From positions 335,498 through 399,497 of the forward strand of contig NW_013657670.1 of assembly GCF_000142905.1 (NCBI RefSeq): DNA of 64,000 nt. The letters are read 5' to 3'. Below are positions 32,069 to 42,512 of this stretch, piece after piece. The notes beneath the pieces were generated by a model. The model saw only the letters and a list, made by a program, of their open reading frames with translations, had not been told where the DNA came from and did not search any database. Numbering within the stretch: the first letter of the stretch is position 1; each line of letters opens with the position of its first letter. The position numbers and the translations under genes were made by a program. This DNA comes from Thecamonas trahens ATCC 50062. Taxonomy: Eukaryota; Protista; Apusomonadida.

Positions 32069-32316
32069 TGCGGCTATCCGGTGGCTGTACCGCTTTACTT
32101 GGTCCGGCCTACGCTGGTTGTCGCCACACCTGCGCCCGTCCAGTGCGCCGGCCTCCCGTCTAGTCCTACCTGCCTTCAGCCTCTGTGATCGCTGAGCCCG
32201 GCCTCAGATCGGACCCCCCCCCCCCCCCTCCCCCCCCCCTCCTTCCAGTATGTGTGCCGCCGCGTGCCATGCTGCACGCTTGCAGCGCTGTAAACACTCG
32301 TCGCTCCGACTCGGCC

Positions 32317-34061
32317 ATGGCATCCACTCCCCGACTCCGGCTCGGCTCGGCAGAGGCTGGCGCAGCGGTGGCAACCGAGCTCCTGGGCCGTGCGCCCGAT
32401 CCGGGCCTCCCGTTCTGCCCGTACATGCCGCCCATTGCAGCGTCGGTGGACGCCATGTGGAACAACGAGTTTGCCGCGGCCGAAGCGGCGGTGGCAGACG
32501 GGCGCGACGCAGCGCCACGCTTCCGCTTTGCGCACGCCACCTCGGGCCTGCTCCGCGCCTTTATGTCCGGCGATGTGGCGATCTGGCTGCTGCTGCCGCC
32601 GCCATGGCCGACGTCTCGGCTTTTGCCACCGCCTTTGGCTCGCCAGGCTCGGGCAAGACCAAGAAGGCCGCCGCCGCCAAGCAGCGGTTGGCGGGACTGG
32701 CCAAAGCCATGGAGACAAACAGCGGCGGCGATGTGGTCGTCGCACTCCGCAATGCGGCGTGGGACACACGACTGGTCGCCGCCGAGGCCAAGCTCCTCGA
32801 GGCCATGCTCCTGCTCAACATCGGGTCCAAGATCTCCGGCTCGCTCGCGCTGCGCAAGTCGTGGAAGGCCTTTACCGCCATCCAGACCGACATCCGCGCA
32901 AGCTCGCTCCCGATCTCCCAGTTTGTAGCCAACGGCGTCAACTTTGGGGTCGGTCTCTTCTTCTTTGTCGTCTCGCTCGTCCCGCCAGGCCTCGTAGCCA
33001 AAGTTCTCAAGATGCTCGGCTTTCGTGGCGACCGCGCCCTCGGCCTCGGCCTTGTCCGCGGCGTCTCTGATTCGGGCATGGGCCGGTCGGGCTTTGCCGC
33101 CATGATCCTCCTCTTTTCCATGCTCTATCTGCCGCGCGGCTTTGATCGCGATGATGGCACCCTTGACGATGCCTCCGACGTCTTGGACGGTATCCAGGCC
33201 AGGTATCCCAACGCAGCGCTCTTCCTACTCTTCCGCGGTCAGCTGCTGCGCAAGACGGGCCGAGCTGCCGATGCATCGGACGCTGTCGAGGAGGCTATTG
33301 CACAGACTCGGGCTGCAAACATCGCTGCCCCGTGTACGCTTCTCTACGAGCTGGCAAACACCCATTTTCACGCTCTCGCCTGGTCCCGCGCCGCAACTGC
33401 CTACGACGACGTTCTCGCCGCCGATGGCGAGTTTGGTATGCGCGGCATGTCTGCGCTCTCTATCGCGGCATGCATTGCCATGACGGCGCCTCAAGACTGC
33501 GACGGCTTCCGCGCTGCCCTCGAACGCGTGGCTGCTGTTGCCACGCCCAAGTCGCGGTACGACGACGCAGCCACATGCCTTGCCTCCCGCTACCTCGCCC
33601 ACCCGCTCCTCGCCCCGCTTCTCGCTACCGAGCTGTTGTTTTTCAAGCACGATCTGGCGCATCTTGCCGCTGATCAAGCCCAGCCACTGCTTCACCGCTT
33701 GACGGCCGCGCCGATGGGGGTCGATTTCGACGCGCTCGCGCGGACCGCCGACAACAGCCTTGCCTTTGCGCCGCTCGTGCTGTGCGTGGCGGCGCTACGG
33801 CGCCGGGTTGGAGACACCGCCGGTGCGCGGACGGCGCTCGACGTGCTCATCGCCGCCGAGCCGGAGTTGGCTCGCAGTGAGCGCACCTATCTCGCGTTTG
33901 CGCTCTCGGAGCGTGCCGAGATCGCGCACGCTGCCGGCGATCTGGACGCGGCGGGCGTCGACGTGGCGCGGGCCCGCAAGCTCAAGGACTACCTGTTCTC
34001 GTTCATCCTCACGCGGCGGCTACGTGTGTGCGAGGCAGCGCTGGCCGAGGCCGCGGCGTAG
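32317..34061 (+). CDS. TTC39: TTC39/IML2-family TPR protein, frameshifted near 32580
   Basis: MWNNEFAAAE, LRKSWK, GVNFGVGLF..SLVPP..LGFRGDR.LGL and YPNAALFL. The 32317 frame joins the downstream frame with one base added at gtggc^gat. Confidence 0.8.
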
Positions 34062-34090
34062 CCAAGAGAGATGGCGCCGTCACGAGTCGC

Positions 34091-34731
34091 TTACAGAGTC
34101 TTGTTCTTGAGCGCCTCCTCCAGGGCCGCCTTGGCGTTGGTCACCTTGGCCCGGATGTACAGCGAGCCGCCCTTGGCCGGATCGTTGGCCTTGAACAGAT
34201 GGTCGTAGCGCTTGGCAATTTCTGCTGGCGTAATCTTGTTCTTGGGGATGTCGAGAATGGTGGCCGCGGCCTCGGTCGAGATCGAGCCGGCCGGGCCTGC
34301 CTTGCCGCGGCGCTTGACCGCATTGGCGCCGCCCTTTGCGGCGTCTGTGGCAAGGAAGAGAGCATGAGTGAGTATCGCCGATCAGGAGCGAGAGAAGGAA
34401 CCAAAGAATGAGGAGGGAGGAGGCAAGGAAGTGACCACAGTGACTGGCAACGTACTCTGCATGCCCTTGCGATACGCTTCACCAAAGGCCTTGAACACGA
34501 TCTGCGATGCCGACAGCACAATGGTGGCGATGATGCGGGCGGCCTGGTGGGGTGAGGGGAGGGCGGGAGGGGGGAGCGAGTGGTGGAGAGATCGAGATAG
34601 CCCATACCAGGTCGTGCAACAGTAAGATGTGGTGAGTGGGCGGTGGAGGGGAGGACGGGAGGGAGGGAGGGAGGGAGGGAGGGGCAGAGTGGCGGGATGG
34701 GGAGAGGGAAGGGAGGGGGAGGACCTACCAT
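34091..34731 (-). CDS. PAM16: Mitochondrial import motor subunit Pam16/Tim16; join(34729..34731, 34456..34543, 34091..34344)
   Basis: Manual splice gives M|AARIIATIVLSASQIVFKAFGEAYRKGMQ|NAAKGG...EAAATILDI...RYDHLFKANDPAKGGSLYIRAKVTNAK. Confidence 0.9.
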
Positions 34732-35402
34732 GGCGTGGACAGTGCGAGGCTACGGTGCGGAGTGTGTGCGTGAAGTGTATGGAGAGGAGTGCGGGTGGGA
34801 AGGGTGTGTGTGTGTGTGGGGTGGGGGGGGGTGGGTGGGTGGGTGGGAGATGTGGTAGTGTCAGNNNNNNNNNNNNNNNNNNNNNNNNNNNNNNNNNNNN
34901 NNNNNNNNNNNNNNNNNNNNNNNNNNNNNNNNNNNNNNNNNNNNNNNNNNNNNNNNNNNNNNNNGGGGGGGGGGGGGGGTGGGGGTGGGGTGGGTGGGTG
35001 GGGAAGCTGTGGGTAAGTGTGGTTGAGTTGGGTGGGAGGGTGTTGGCGAGGGAGGGGCAGAGTACTTTGATGCACACAGATACGCCGCCAGTTGGCTTCG
35101 TCACGCAGAACGAACACCATAGTCATCTGCTACTGCAGCTTGCCGTCAAACAACTTGCACTTTGGTGGACCCATCCACTGCGTCTCCTGCTGGATCACGC
35201 CCACTTTTGCGTTCTGCGTTGGCGCGCTGCTGGTCTGCTTCTCACCGCTCGCGACACGCCGCCATCTCGGCTTCAGGTACACCGCCCGCGATCAGACTCG
35301 GAATCATGCCTTGCCATGCCCAGGGTACCGTCCAAACACAGTCGATGGTCGGTGGGAGTGGGCTCGGTGGAAAGTCTCGGTTTGTTTACGCCTGCTGCTC
35401 CG

Positions 35403-36002
35403 TCAGAGGGAAGAGTGGTTGCACGGGCGAGTGAAGATGTCGGACGCAGGCTCGCCGACAACCACGTCGGTCATCGAGTACGTCTCGGTAGCACCAAGAG
35501 CGGAGATCCAGGTGAGGGCGACGGGTGCGCCGCCGGCCTGCAGATCGACGTCCATGGCGACGGTCGATCCCGCCGGCCAGGTGTAGTTGTAGCGAGCATA
35601 GCCATCGGGAGTGGTGCCCGAGTAGGCCATGAGCGACGGAGCAGTGTCCGCAAACGTGACGGTCGTGAAACCCAGAGGGCCCGGGTACGTTACCGGCGCC
35701 TTGTCGCAGTAGCAATTGTCAGCCGGAAGGCCAAAGCAGGTGATGTACATGCCCGATGGCTTGGCACGCTGCGCCTGAGCAATGTTGATCCTTCCCTTGC
35801 CAAACTGCTGAAACGTGGCTCCGACCCGGTCAGACGTCGCCCATGTGTACGTCGACGTCCACTTGGACATGGTCTGGGTCACAGTCCCGCTCCATGCCGA
35901 CGCCACCGCATCAGCCAGATTCTGCGGCGGCTCGCCTCCGGCACCGGCCACAGCCACAGCCAGCAGAGCAACCGCCACAAAGCTCACAACATGCGCCATC
36001 AT
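35403..36002 (-). CDS. Secreted beta-rich protein, possibly ependymin-related/LolA-like
   Basis: Signal peptide; beta-strand pattern; C-terminal VVVGEPASDIFTRPC resembles the EPDR GxxdpxxFxxPxxC motif. Confidence 0.55.
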   Translation of the reverse strand: MMAHVVSFVAVALLAVAVAGAGGEPPQNLADAVASAWSGTVTQTMSKWTSTYTWATSDRVGATFQQFGKGRINIAQAQRAKPSGMYITCFGLPADNCYCDKAPVTYPGPLGFTTVTFADTAPSLMAYSGTTPDGYARYNYTWPAGSTVAMDVDLQAGGAPVALTWISALGATETYSMTDVVVGEPASDIFTRPCNHSSL

Positions 36003-36305
36003 TGGTTTGGGAGAGGGGGAGATAGTGCAGTGTTACCCAAAGTTTGGCGTCGTTGGTTCTGTCCGTGGCTGTGGCTCCAGCTCGTGCACTACGCCGACTC
36101 GCCCTGCCACGCCATCTCGCATGTGTCATCTCATCGTTCACCGACTGCCTGCGAGGGCAATCACTGCCACCCATACGGATAAAAAGCCCCCCTCCCCCCC
36201 CCTCCCTCCACCTCACTACCTTCCTTTCCTCCGTACGTATCTCCTCCTCTCTTGCACCATCGTCACTCATTTTCACCCAGATCGTCCCCTACCCCCCCCC
36301 CCCCA

Positions 36306-36829
36306 CCCCCAGCCCCCCCCCCCTCCCTCGCCACTGATCAGGCCGAGCCGTTTGCCTCCCCTCCCCCCCCTTCACCACTTTACCCTCTGCCCACACACTG
36401 CTCTGCTTAAAGAGCTAGAGACAGACAAGGCGAGCAGTAGCGATAGGTGGATGGGCATGGAGCGAGGTGAGGCACGCCGGTATCTCTGGCGGGAGCTGTC
36501 GCCGCTGGACTTGCAGGCGCTGGGGCGGGCGCCGGTGGTCGACGCTCTCCACTTGGCCGCAACTGTAACAAATTCGTCCCCAGCCCCCCCCCCTCCCTCG
36601 CCACTGATCAGGCCGACGCCGTTTGCCTCCCCTCCCCCCCCCCTTCACCACTTTACCCTCTGCCCACACACTGCTCTGCTTAAAGAGCTAGAGACAGACA
36701 AGGCGAGCAGTAGCGATAGGTGGATGGGCATGGAGCGAGGTGAGGCACGCCGGTATCTCTGGCGGGAGCTGTCGCCGCTGGACTTGCAGGCGCTGGGGCG
36801 GGCGCCGGTGGTCGACGCTCTCCACTTGG
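36306..36829 (+). repeat. About 273-bp tandem direct duplication of the CFAP119 5' region
   Basis: About 36306-36557 and 36577-36829 are near-identical, differing mainly in C-run lengths. Confidence 0.9.
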
Positions 36830-37791
36830 CGGGCATGCTCCGTATTCCGACCAAGAAGGCCCTGACAGACTCGTGGACGGCCGCCACGCTGGAGTATCTG
36901 GCCTCGGTCCTGGTCTTTGCCCGCGAGGAGCAGCTGACTGCTCCCCAGACCTCGGTCGTCTTTGCTCTCGTCCGTGAGCTGCATTCTCGCGCCACCCGCG
37001 ATGCCGCCCCGCTCGCTGATGTGGTTGCTCTGGCCAAGTCCGTCCTCGCTGCGCACGCGCGCAGGGCGCCCGGTCTGCCAACTACTCCCGCTACACCTGA
37101 TGCTGCTATTTCGGACGATGACGCTGTCGACGGCGACGACGCGAGTGACGCCAATGACGGGAACGCCCCCGCTGCCGCGGAGCTGTTCTCCCTGTCCGAG
37201 ATCAAGAACATCATGGCGTTCCTCTCGTCGACGCTCTTTCAGCACTACAAGCTGTTCCAGTTGGCAGCTAGCACGCCGCAGCCACAAGTCATCACATCCG
37301 AGGATGTGCTCGTCGAAGTCCCGGCCCGTCCTCCGCCGCTCGCCGACGCCGTACTTCGCGACGAGTTTGTCAAGTCGCAGGCCCGCAAGCTCGAGGATCT
37401 CAACACAATGGTCGAAGCCGCATCTCGTGGCCAAGCTCTTCAGGCCCAGCTGGAGAGCTATCTCGAGAAAGCGCGCCCGCTTCTTGCTGCGCTCACCGTC
37501 TCACACTCGACCGCCCAGCTGCAGGCTCTGCTCGAGGCCAACGTCGCCGAGTTCTGCGCGCTGTACAAGGCTGGCGTCTCCGAGGCCATGGCGGCCCGCG
37601 AGGCGGCTCTGCTGGCCAAGCTTGCCGAGCTTCCGGTTGCTGCTCCATCGCATCGCTCGCACAAGTCGTCGCGCGCTATGTCGCCCACTCCTGGCGCGGC
37701 TGCTGCCGCCGCTGCCGCCACCGCCGATGATGCCGCGCCAACCAAGGACCGCAAGTCGTCGTCCAAGCGCAAGAACAAGTCTCGGCAATGA
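36724..37791 (+). CDS. CFAP119: CLAMP-domain central-pair protein (CFAP119/C1a-32-like)
   Basis: LTAPQTSVVFALVRELH and FSLSEIKNIMAFLSSTLFQHYKLFQ. Confidence 0.72.
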   Translation: MGMERGEARRYLWRELSPLDLQALGRAPVVDALHLAGMLRIPTKKALTDSWTAATLEYLASVLVFAREEQLTAPQTSVVFALVRELHSRATRDAAPLADVVALAKSVLAAHARRAPGLPTTPATPDAAISDDDAVDGDDASDANDGNAPAAAELFSLSEIKNIMAFLSSTLFQHYKLFQLAASTPQPQVITSEDVLVEVPARPPPLADAVLRDEFVKSQARKLEDLNTMVEAASRGQALQAQLESYLEKARPLLAALTVSHSTAQLQALLEANVAEFCALYKAGVSEAMAAREAALLAKLAELPVAAPSHRSHKSSRAMSPTPGAAAAAAAATADDAAPTKDRKSSSKRKNKSRQ

Positions 37792-37836
37792 ACACACACA
37801 TCCGAACTGACAGCCTATTCTAATTCTCGAGCACCT

Positions 37837-38843
37837 TTACTCGCAATCAAGCCCGGTCTCGGTCAGCAGCGCCTCGTGTCCGGCGAGCGCTGCGTCTACG
37901 GCAGTCGTCACCGACGAGCCCGCACTTGGCGCGAGGCTCGTATCCACGAGCGTGGCATGACACGCGCCCCCCGCATGCCGATGTGAGCTTGGACGGAGTC
38001 CACTCCCGCCGAGCGTGGCTGAGCCTGGCGTGCGCGGGAGCGCAATGACGTCGACAGTAGTGAGGGGCTCCTGCACAGGCTCGGCGCTGAGCATCGAATT
38101 CGCGCCCGTTCCGGCAAGCAACTCCAGCGCGGGGTCGTCCTCGGGTGCATCCGACGATTTGAGCTCGAGCGATGTTCGGGTCACGGTTCCAACCACTCGC
38201 AGCGAGTACACACCGGTGTCCAGCGTGCGATCAAACAACTGGGCAAGAGGCTGTTCGTCCAATGTGTGGTACTGGACCGACGGCGAGGCGAGGAGCATGC
38301 TCTCGACGATGATGCCGCCGTAGTATGATGCCGCGTTGTCGTCCATGAGACGAGCAACCAGAGCCTGAACCGGCGACTTGCACAGCGCAAGCAACAGCAG
38401 GCGGAGGAGGACTGGGCCATGGGCGTGGATGAGGCCGGCGGCCCGGTCCTCGGCGTCTGCGCTGGAAGACCGTGCCTCGGTCACCTCGACCGTCCACCGC
38501 TCAAGCAAGAGACGTCCGGCGGCATCCGTCACAGGATCAGGTTCACCACGCACGTCTGCAACCAGATACACTTCGGGCGCAGTGATGCCTGCGGCGCAGG
38601 CCGCGTACACCTCGATGGCAAAGGATGTAACGGTGGTGGCAGGCGTGCTCACAGTCGACAGCGGCAGCACTGGGCTTGCTGCCCCTACTGCTGCGGCCTG
38701 GATGCCGAGGCTGTCGCTGGATGCAAGTCCACGATGCGGTGACTGCGGTGGGCCAGGCACGCACGGTGGCGGCGGTATCCGGTTGTGGCCACCGCCCGCG
38801 CGTCTTGAATGGTCTGTGCCACCGAGGCCATGAGCACCTCCAT
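37837..38843 (-). CDS. ATG13-like HORMA-domain protein, frameshifted near 38727
   Basis: VAQTIQDAR, FAIEVY, LLLERWTV, VLLRLLL..CKSPVQAL and DTGVYSLRV follow the ATG13 HORMA motif order. The N-terminus is in a different frame. Confidence 0.5.
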
Positions 38844-39176
38844 GATGCCGGAGAGGGAGAGAACAGAGAGAGAGAGAGAGAGATAATGTGGTGGTTGTGG
38901 TTGTGGTGAGAGACTGGTGTGCGTTGTGTGCACTGTGTGTGTGTGTGTGGCGTGTGTTGTGTGTCGTGGTGGCCAGGGCAAGTGTTCCATCGTCTCGCCC
39001 CCTGGTCACCTCCTGCTCCACATGCCTTCCACCAATTCCTTTGCTCCGGCTCGTAGGGCCAATAGTGTGACGTGACACCCAGCTGTCCGATCAAGCCCAA
39101 GCGCCATGGGTCATCCGGTTAGACTCATTGAGCCATGATCAAATGAATCGGCTACCGCTGATGAGGGGCTTGGCGG

Positions 39177-39932
39177 ATGCCTGCGGCGACGCTGTGGTCT
39201 GACCTGGTCACGGTCGGTCGCCACCTCGCGAGACACCTCACTATGGCAAGCCTGGGCCCAGTGGAGGCTGTGGTCTTTGACGTGGGCGGAGTGCTGACGG
39301 CGTCGCCGCTGCCAGCCATCGCAAGGTATGCAGCCGAGCTTGGCGTGCCAGCCCGCGAGCTTGCGATGACTCTGGCTGGCTCGACAGCCTTTGCTCTGCT
39401 CGAGTGCGGGCTGATCGATGTAGACGAGGCGTGCGCTCGGCTGGATCGCGAGGTGCAGCTGCGGCTGGGTACCGAGGCTGCAGCTGGTTTTGCTGCGGCT
39501 GACATGTTTGCCGTCCTCCGCAACGCGCTCCGCCCGCGGCCCGAGGTGCTCCAGCTGGTGGCGGAGATCGCCGGCGCCGGGCTAGCCATCGGCATCCTCA
39601 CCAACAACTGGAAGGGCGCCGAGCCGCCGCGTGAGCTTCGCGACCTGGTCCCCCGCGCTGTTGTTGTCGAGTCGCGGCTGGAGGCGATGCGCAAGCCCGG
39701 GCCGGCCATCTTTGCACGCATGCTCGACCGGCTCGGCGTGGCACCGGGTGCGGTCGTCTTTCTGGACGACATCGGGGCCAATGTCAAGACGGCGCGGTTG
39801 CTGGGCATGCACACGATCAAGGTGCCAGCGTCTGAGGAGGTGTACGGTGAGGCGTTTGATGAACTGGCTCTGGTGCTGCGCGAGCGCAACGGGCTCAACA
39901 TAGCACTGGGGCAGGTGCGGTCCAAGCTGTGA
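39177..39932 (+). CDS. HAD-superfamily hydrolase (sEH N-terminal/ACAD10-like phosphatase)
   Basis: VVFDVGGVL, ILTNNW, RKP..IF and FLDDIGANV..A..LGM. Start could be 39243. Confidence 0.85.
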   Translation: MPAATLWSDLVTVGRHLARHLTMASLGPVEAVVFDVGGVLTASPLPAIARYAAELGVPARELAMTLAGSTAFALLECGLIDVDEACARLDREVQLRLGTEAAAGFAAADMFAVLRNALRPRPEVLQLVAEIAGAGLAIGILTNNWKGAEPPRELRDLVPRAVVVESRLEAMRKPGPAIFARMLDRLGVAPGAVVFLDDIGANVKTARLLGMHTIKVPASEEVYGEAFDELALVLRERNGLNIALGQVRSKL

Positions 39933-39944
39933 AGAGGCGGCGCG

Positions 39945-41462
39945 TTAGGCCCAAAGGCCCGGATCAAAGCCGTGGTTGGTGCGCGGACGGGAGCCATCGA
40001 TGAACAGCCCAGTGTTGGTTCGCAGCATGCCGTTGAGCACGGCCTTGCCCTTTGATGAGATGCGATTGCGCTCGAGGCGGAGCGAGACCAGCGAGGTGTT
40101 GGTCTTGAGCGACTCGGCGAGGTAGCGAGCACCGACGTCGGTGATGGCGTTGAGCGAGAGGTCGAGGGTGGTGAGGGTGGCGTTCGCCTCGAGGGCGCGG
40201 GCAAGTTCGCGGACGCCGGCGTCGCCGATGGCGTTGTTGCGGAGGTTGAGCCGGACCAGGACGTCGTTGGCGGCGAGACCCTCGCCGAGAGCGGCGGCGC
40301 CCTCGTCGGCGATACCAGTGCCGGGCATGTTGAGCGTCGTCACGCACTCGTTGACCGAGAGCGCCTGGCCGAGGACCGTGCCGGCTGCCGGGCCGATGAG
40401 GTTGCCGGAGAGGTCGACGGTGTGGACGCGCGGGTTAGTTTTGAGCGCCTCGGCAATGGCGGACCCGCCGTCACTCTCGAGGTGCTTGCCCTGCAGTAGG
40501 ACATGAGTAAAAATGTACTCGGTGTCGAGGTTCGGGTAGCCGACGCGGTCAAAGGTCTTCTTGTGTCCCTCACCGAGCATAAGAATCTGGGTGTAGTTCT
40601 CGCGGTTGAGCGTAATGAGCTCGCACTTGGTGCGAGCGGTACATGTTGCGTTTCGTCGTGCATCTTTTTGCTGCAGCGCCTGCTCACCAAAGTCCTGTCC
40701 AGGCACCATGTGGGTCACCGGGTCGCGCCCGGCCGCCGACACGTAGATGTCAACCGTTCCCGAGAGAATCATGTAGAACTTGTCGCCGGTCTCGCCTTCG
40801 CGAATGATGGGCGAGCCTGGCGCGTGGACCTCGTAACCGACCATCCGGCACATCTCACGCCGGATGTACTCGGACTTGGCCTTGAGCACACGCTGCTCGC
40901 AGAGGACCTGGTAGATGATATCAGCATCGTCCTCGGTCCGTTCCTGAGGCGCCTTTTGCAACGCCATCTGCAGCCGGCCCGAGTCGCTGCTCGCACCGCC
41001 ACCACCGCCAAACACACCACCACTAGCGGCTGGCTTGTCCTCGTCCTTGCCCTTCTCGCTGTGGGTTTCACCCGCCGACACCTGGGTCTGATCTGGAGCC
41101 GGCACCGGCGCGGGAGCCTCATCCAAGTCCGAGTCCGAGTCCAACAGTGCCTGTAGGCGAGCAGCAGTGGCGGCTCTAGCAACTTCACCATCGTCGAGCT
41201 CTCCACTTCCAGCGACTGTTGTAACTGGAAGCGCAGGAGCGTCGTCCGAGTCGGAATCGGCTAGAGCCTGCAGACGGGCAGCGGTGGCAGCTCTGGCGGC
41301 GTCTGCGGCTTCTTGCTCCGACTGCTCGCTCTCTGCCCCCGACTGGTGGCTATCGACCTCAGCTTCGGGCTCATCGTGGTCCGAGCTGCTGCTCTCTGCC
41401 TCGTGGGCCTTGGCAGCTTCCGCCATGGCCCTTGCCTGTGCCCGTGTCACCCTCCGCGACAT
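39945..41462 (-). CDS. Cyclic-nucleotide-binding domain plus RNI-like LRR protein
   Basis: IIREGETGDKFYMILSG..GQDFGEQAL...RNAT, then L.L.NNAIGDAG repeats. Confidence 0.85.
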   Translation of the reverse strand: MSRRVTRAQARAMAEAAKAHEAESSSSDHDEPEAEVDSHQSGAESEQSEQEAADAARAATAARLQALADSDSDDAPALPVTTVAGSGELDDGEVARAATAARLQALLDSDSDLDEAPAPVPAPDQTQVSAGETHSEKGKDEDKPAASGGVFGGGGGASSDSGRLQMALQKAPQERTEDDADIIYQVLCEQRVLKAKSEYIRREMCRMVGYEVHAPGSPIIREGETGDKFYMILSGTVDIYVSAAGRDPVTHMVPGQDFGEQALQQKDARRNATCTARTKCELITLNRENYTQILMLGEGHKKTFDRVGYPNLDTEYIFTHVLLQGKHLESDGGSAIAEALKTNPRVHTVDLSGNLIGPAAGTVLGQALSVNECVTTLNMPGTGIADEGAAALGEGLAANDVLVRLNLRNNAIGDAGVRELARALEANATLTTLDLSLNAITDVGARYLAESLKTNTSLVSLRLERNRISSKGKAVLNGMLRTNTGLFIDGSRPRTNHGFDPGLWA

Positions 41463-41738
41463 GACGGGCGTATGTCGGGACTGTGTCTGTGTCTCTGTGC
41501 GTGTGTGTGTGTGCAAAGGTGGTTGGCCAGGTGGGGTGAAGTGTGACTGCGTCTGTGTCTGTGGGTGCTGCTATGGGTGTGGGTGTGGGCGTGGGTGTGG
41601 TTGTAAACATGGCGAACACAGCCGGCGGGGGAGAGAGCGGGAGGGCGCGGACTCCGGCAAGGGCCATTGGCCTCACCCTGGAGCTGGACGTCACCTCACC
41701 ACCTGACTTGCTTCTCGGCCAGACGGGGTTGATTCCAT

Positions 41739-42478
41739 ATGTCGACGCAGGATAGCATCTTTGCAGATGCGCCTGCCGGGCCTACAGGCCGGCGTAGAGG
41801 CCGCCGTCGCGAGGGTGCCGAGGCGGCAGCGGCGGGGGCGGCGGCTGTTCTTGGCGAGGCTGGCGGGAAGCGGCCTGGTGCCCCGTCCACGGGCTGGGGG
41901 CAGAACGAGCCGCTGCGCAAGCGCGGAAATGTCGATGCCTTGTTTGGCTCGCGGGCTGCGTACGTGCGGGTGCGGGTGTGGGTGTGGGTGTGGGTGTCGG
42001 GGTGGCGGCAGCAGCTCACACGCAGGCGCGGGGCAACAGGAACGAGGACGTGGCGTTTGGGGCTGCGGTGGAAGAGGAGAGCGTGTCGACGGATGATGGA
42101 GTTGCGATTCCGGATCTAGAGGATGTACAGCGGGAGGAGCGGATGGGCGCGCTGGCGCAGGCGCCGACCATGGCGGCGGCGCCGGTGCAGAGCATCGACG
42201 AGCTGGACCTGCATGCCGGCAAGCTCTCGCACGTGGCTATTCCCGACCCGGACCTGGATCTGTCGCTGCTGACAGACGCACTGATGCCGCTAGAGGCGGT
42301 GCAGGATCCGGAAGCGGCGTGGGACTGGGCCTCGCTCTTCCGTCATGTCTCCAACGAGATCTCGCAAGAAGCAGCGCACAAGGCGGGAGCCGCGGCTCGC
42401 GCGGCGGCCAGCACCGATGAAGGCGTATCTGCGCTGGCAGCCGGAACGTCGGACGGCAACATGTTTGCGCTCGAGTAA
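41739..42478 (+). CDS. IFT43: Intraflagellar transport protein 43; join(41739..41959, 42040..42478)
   Basis: TGWG, IPDLED, AQAP, DLDLSLLT..L.P and WDWASLF..VSNEI; phase-2 intron gc|gtacgt...caacag|g. Confidence 0.88.
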
Positions 42479-42512
42479 AAAGGCGTACTTATAGTCTGGC
42501 TTTACAGCTGCG

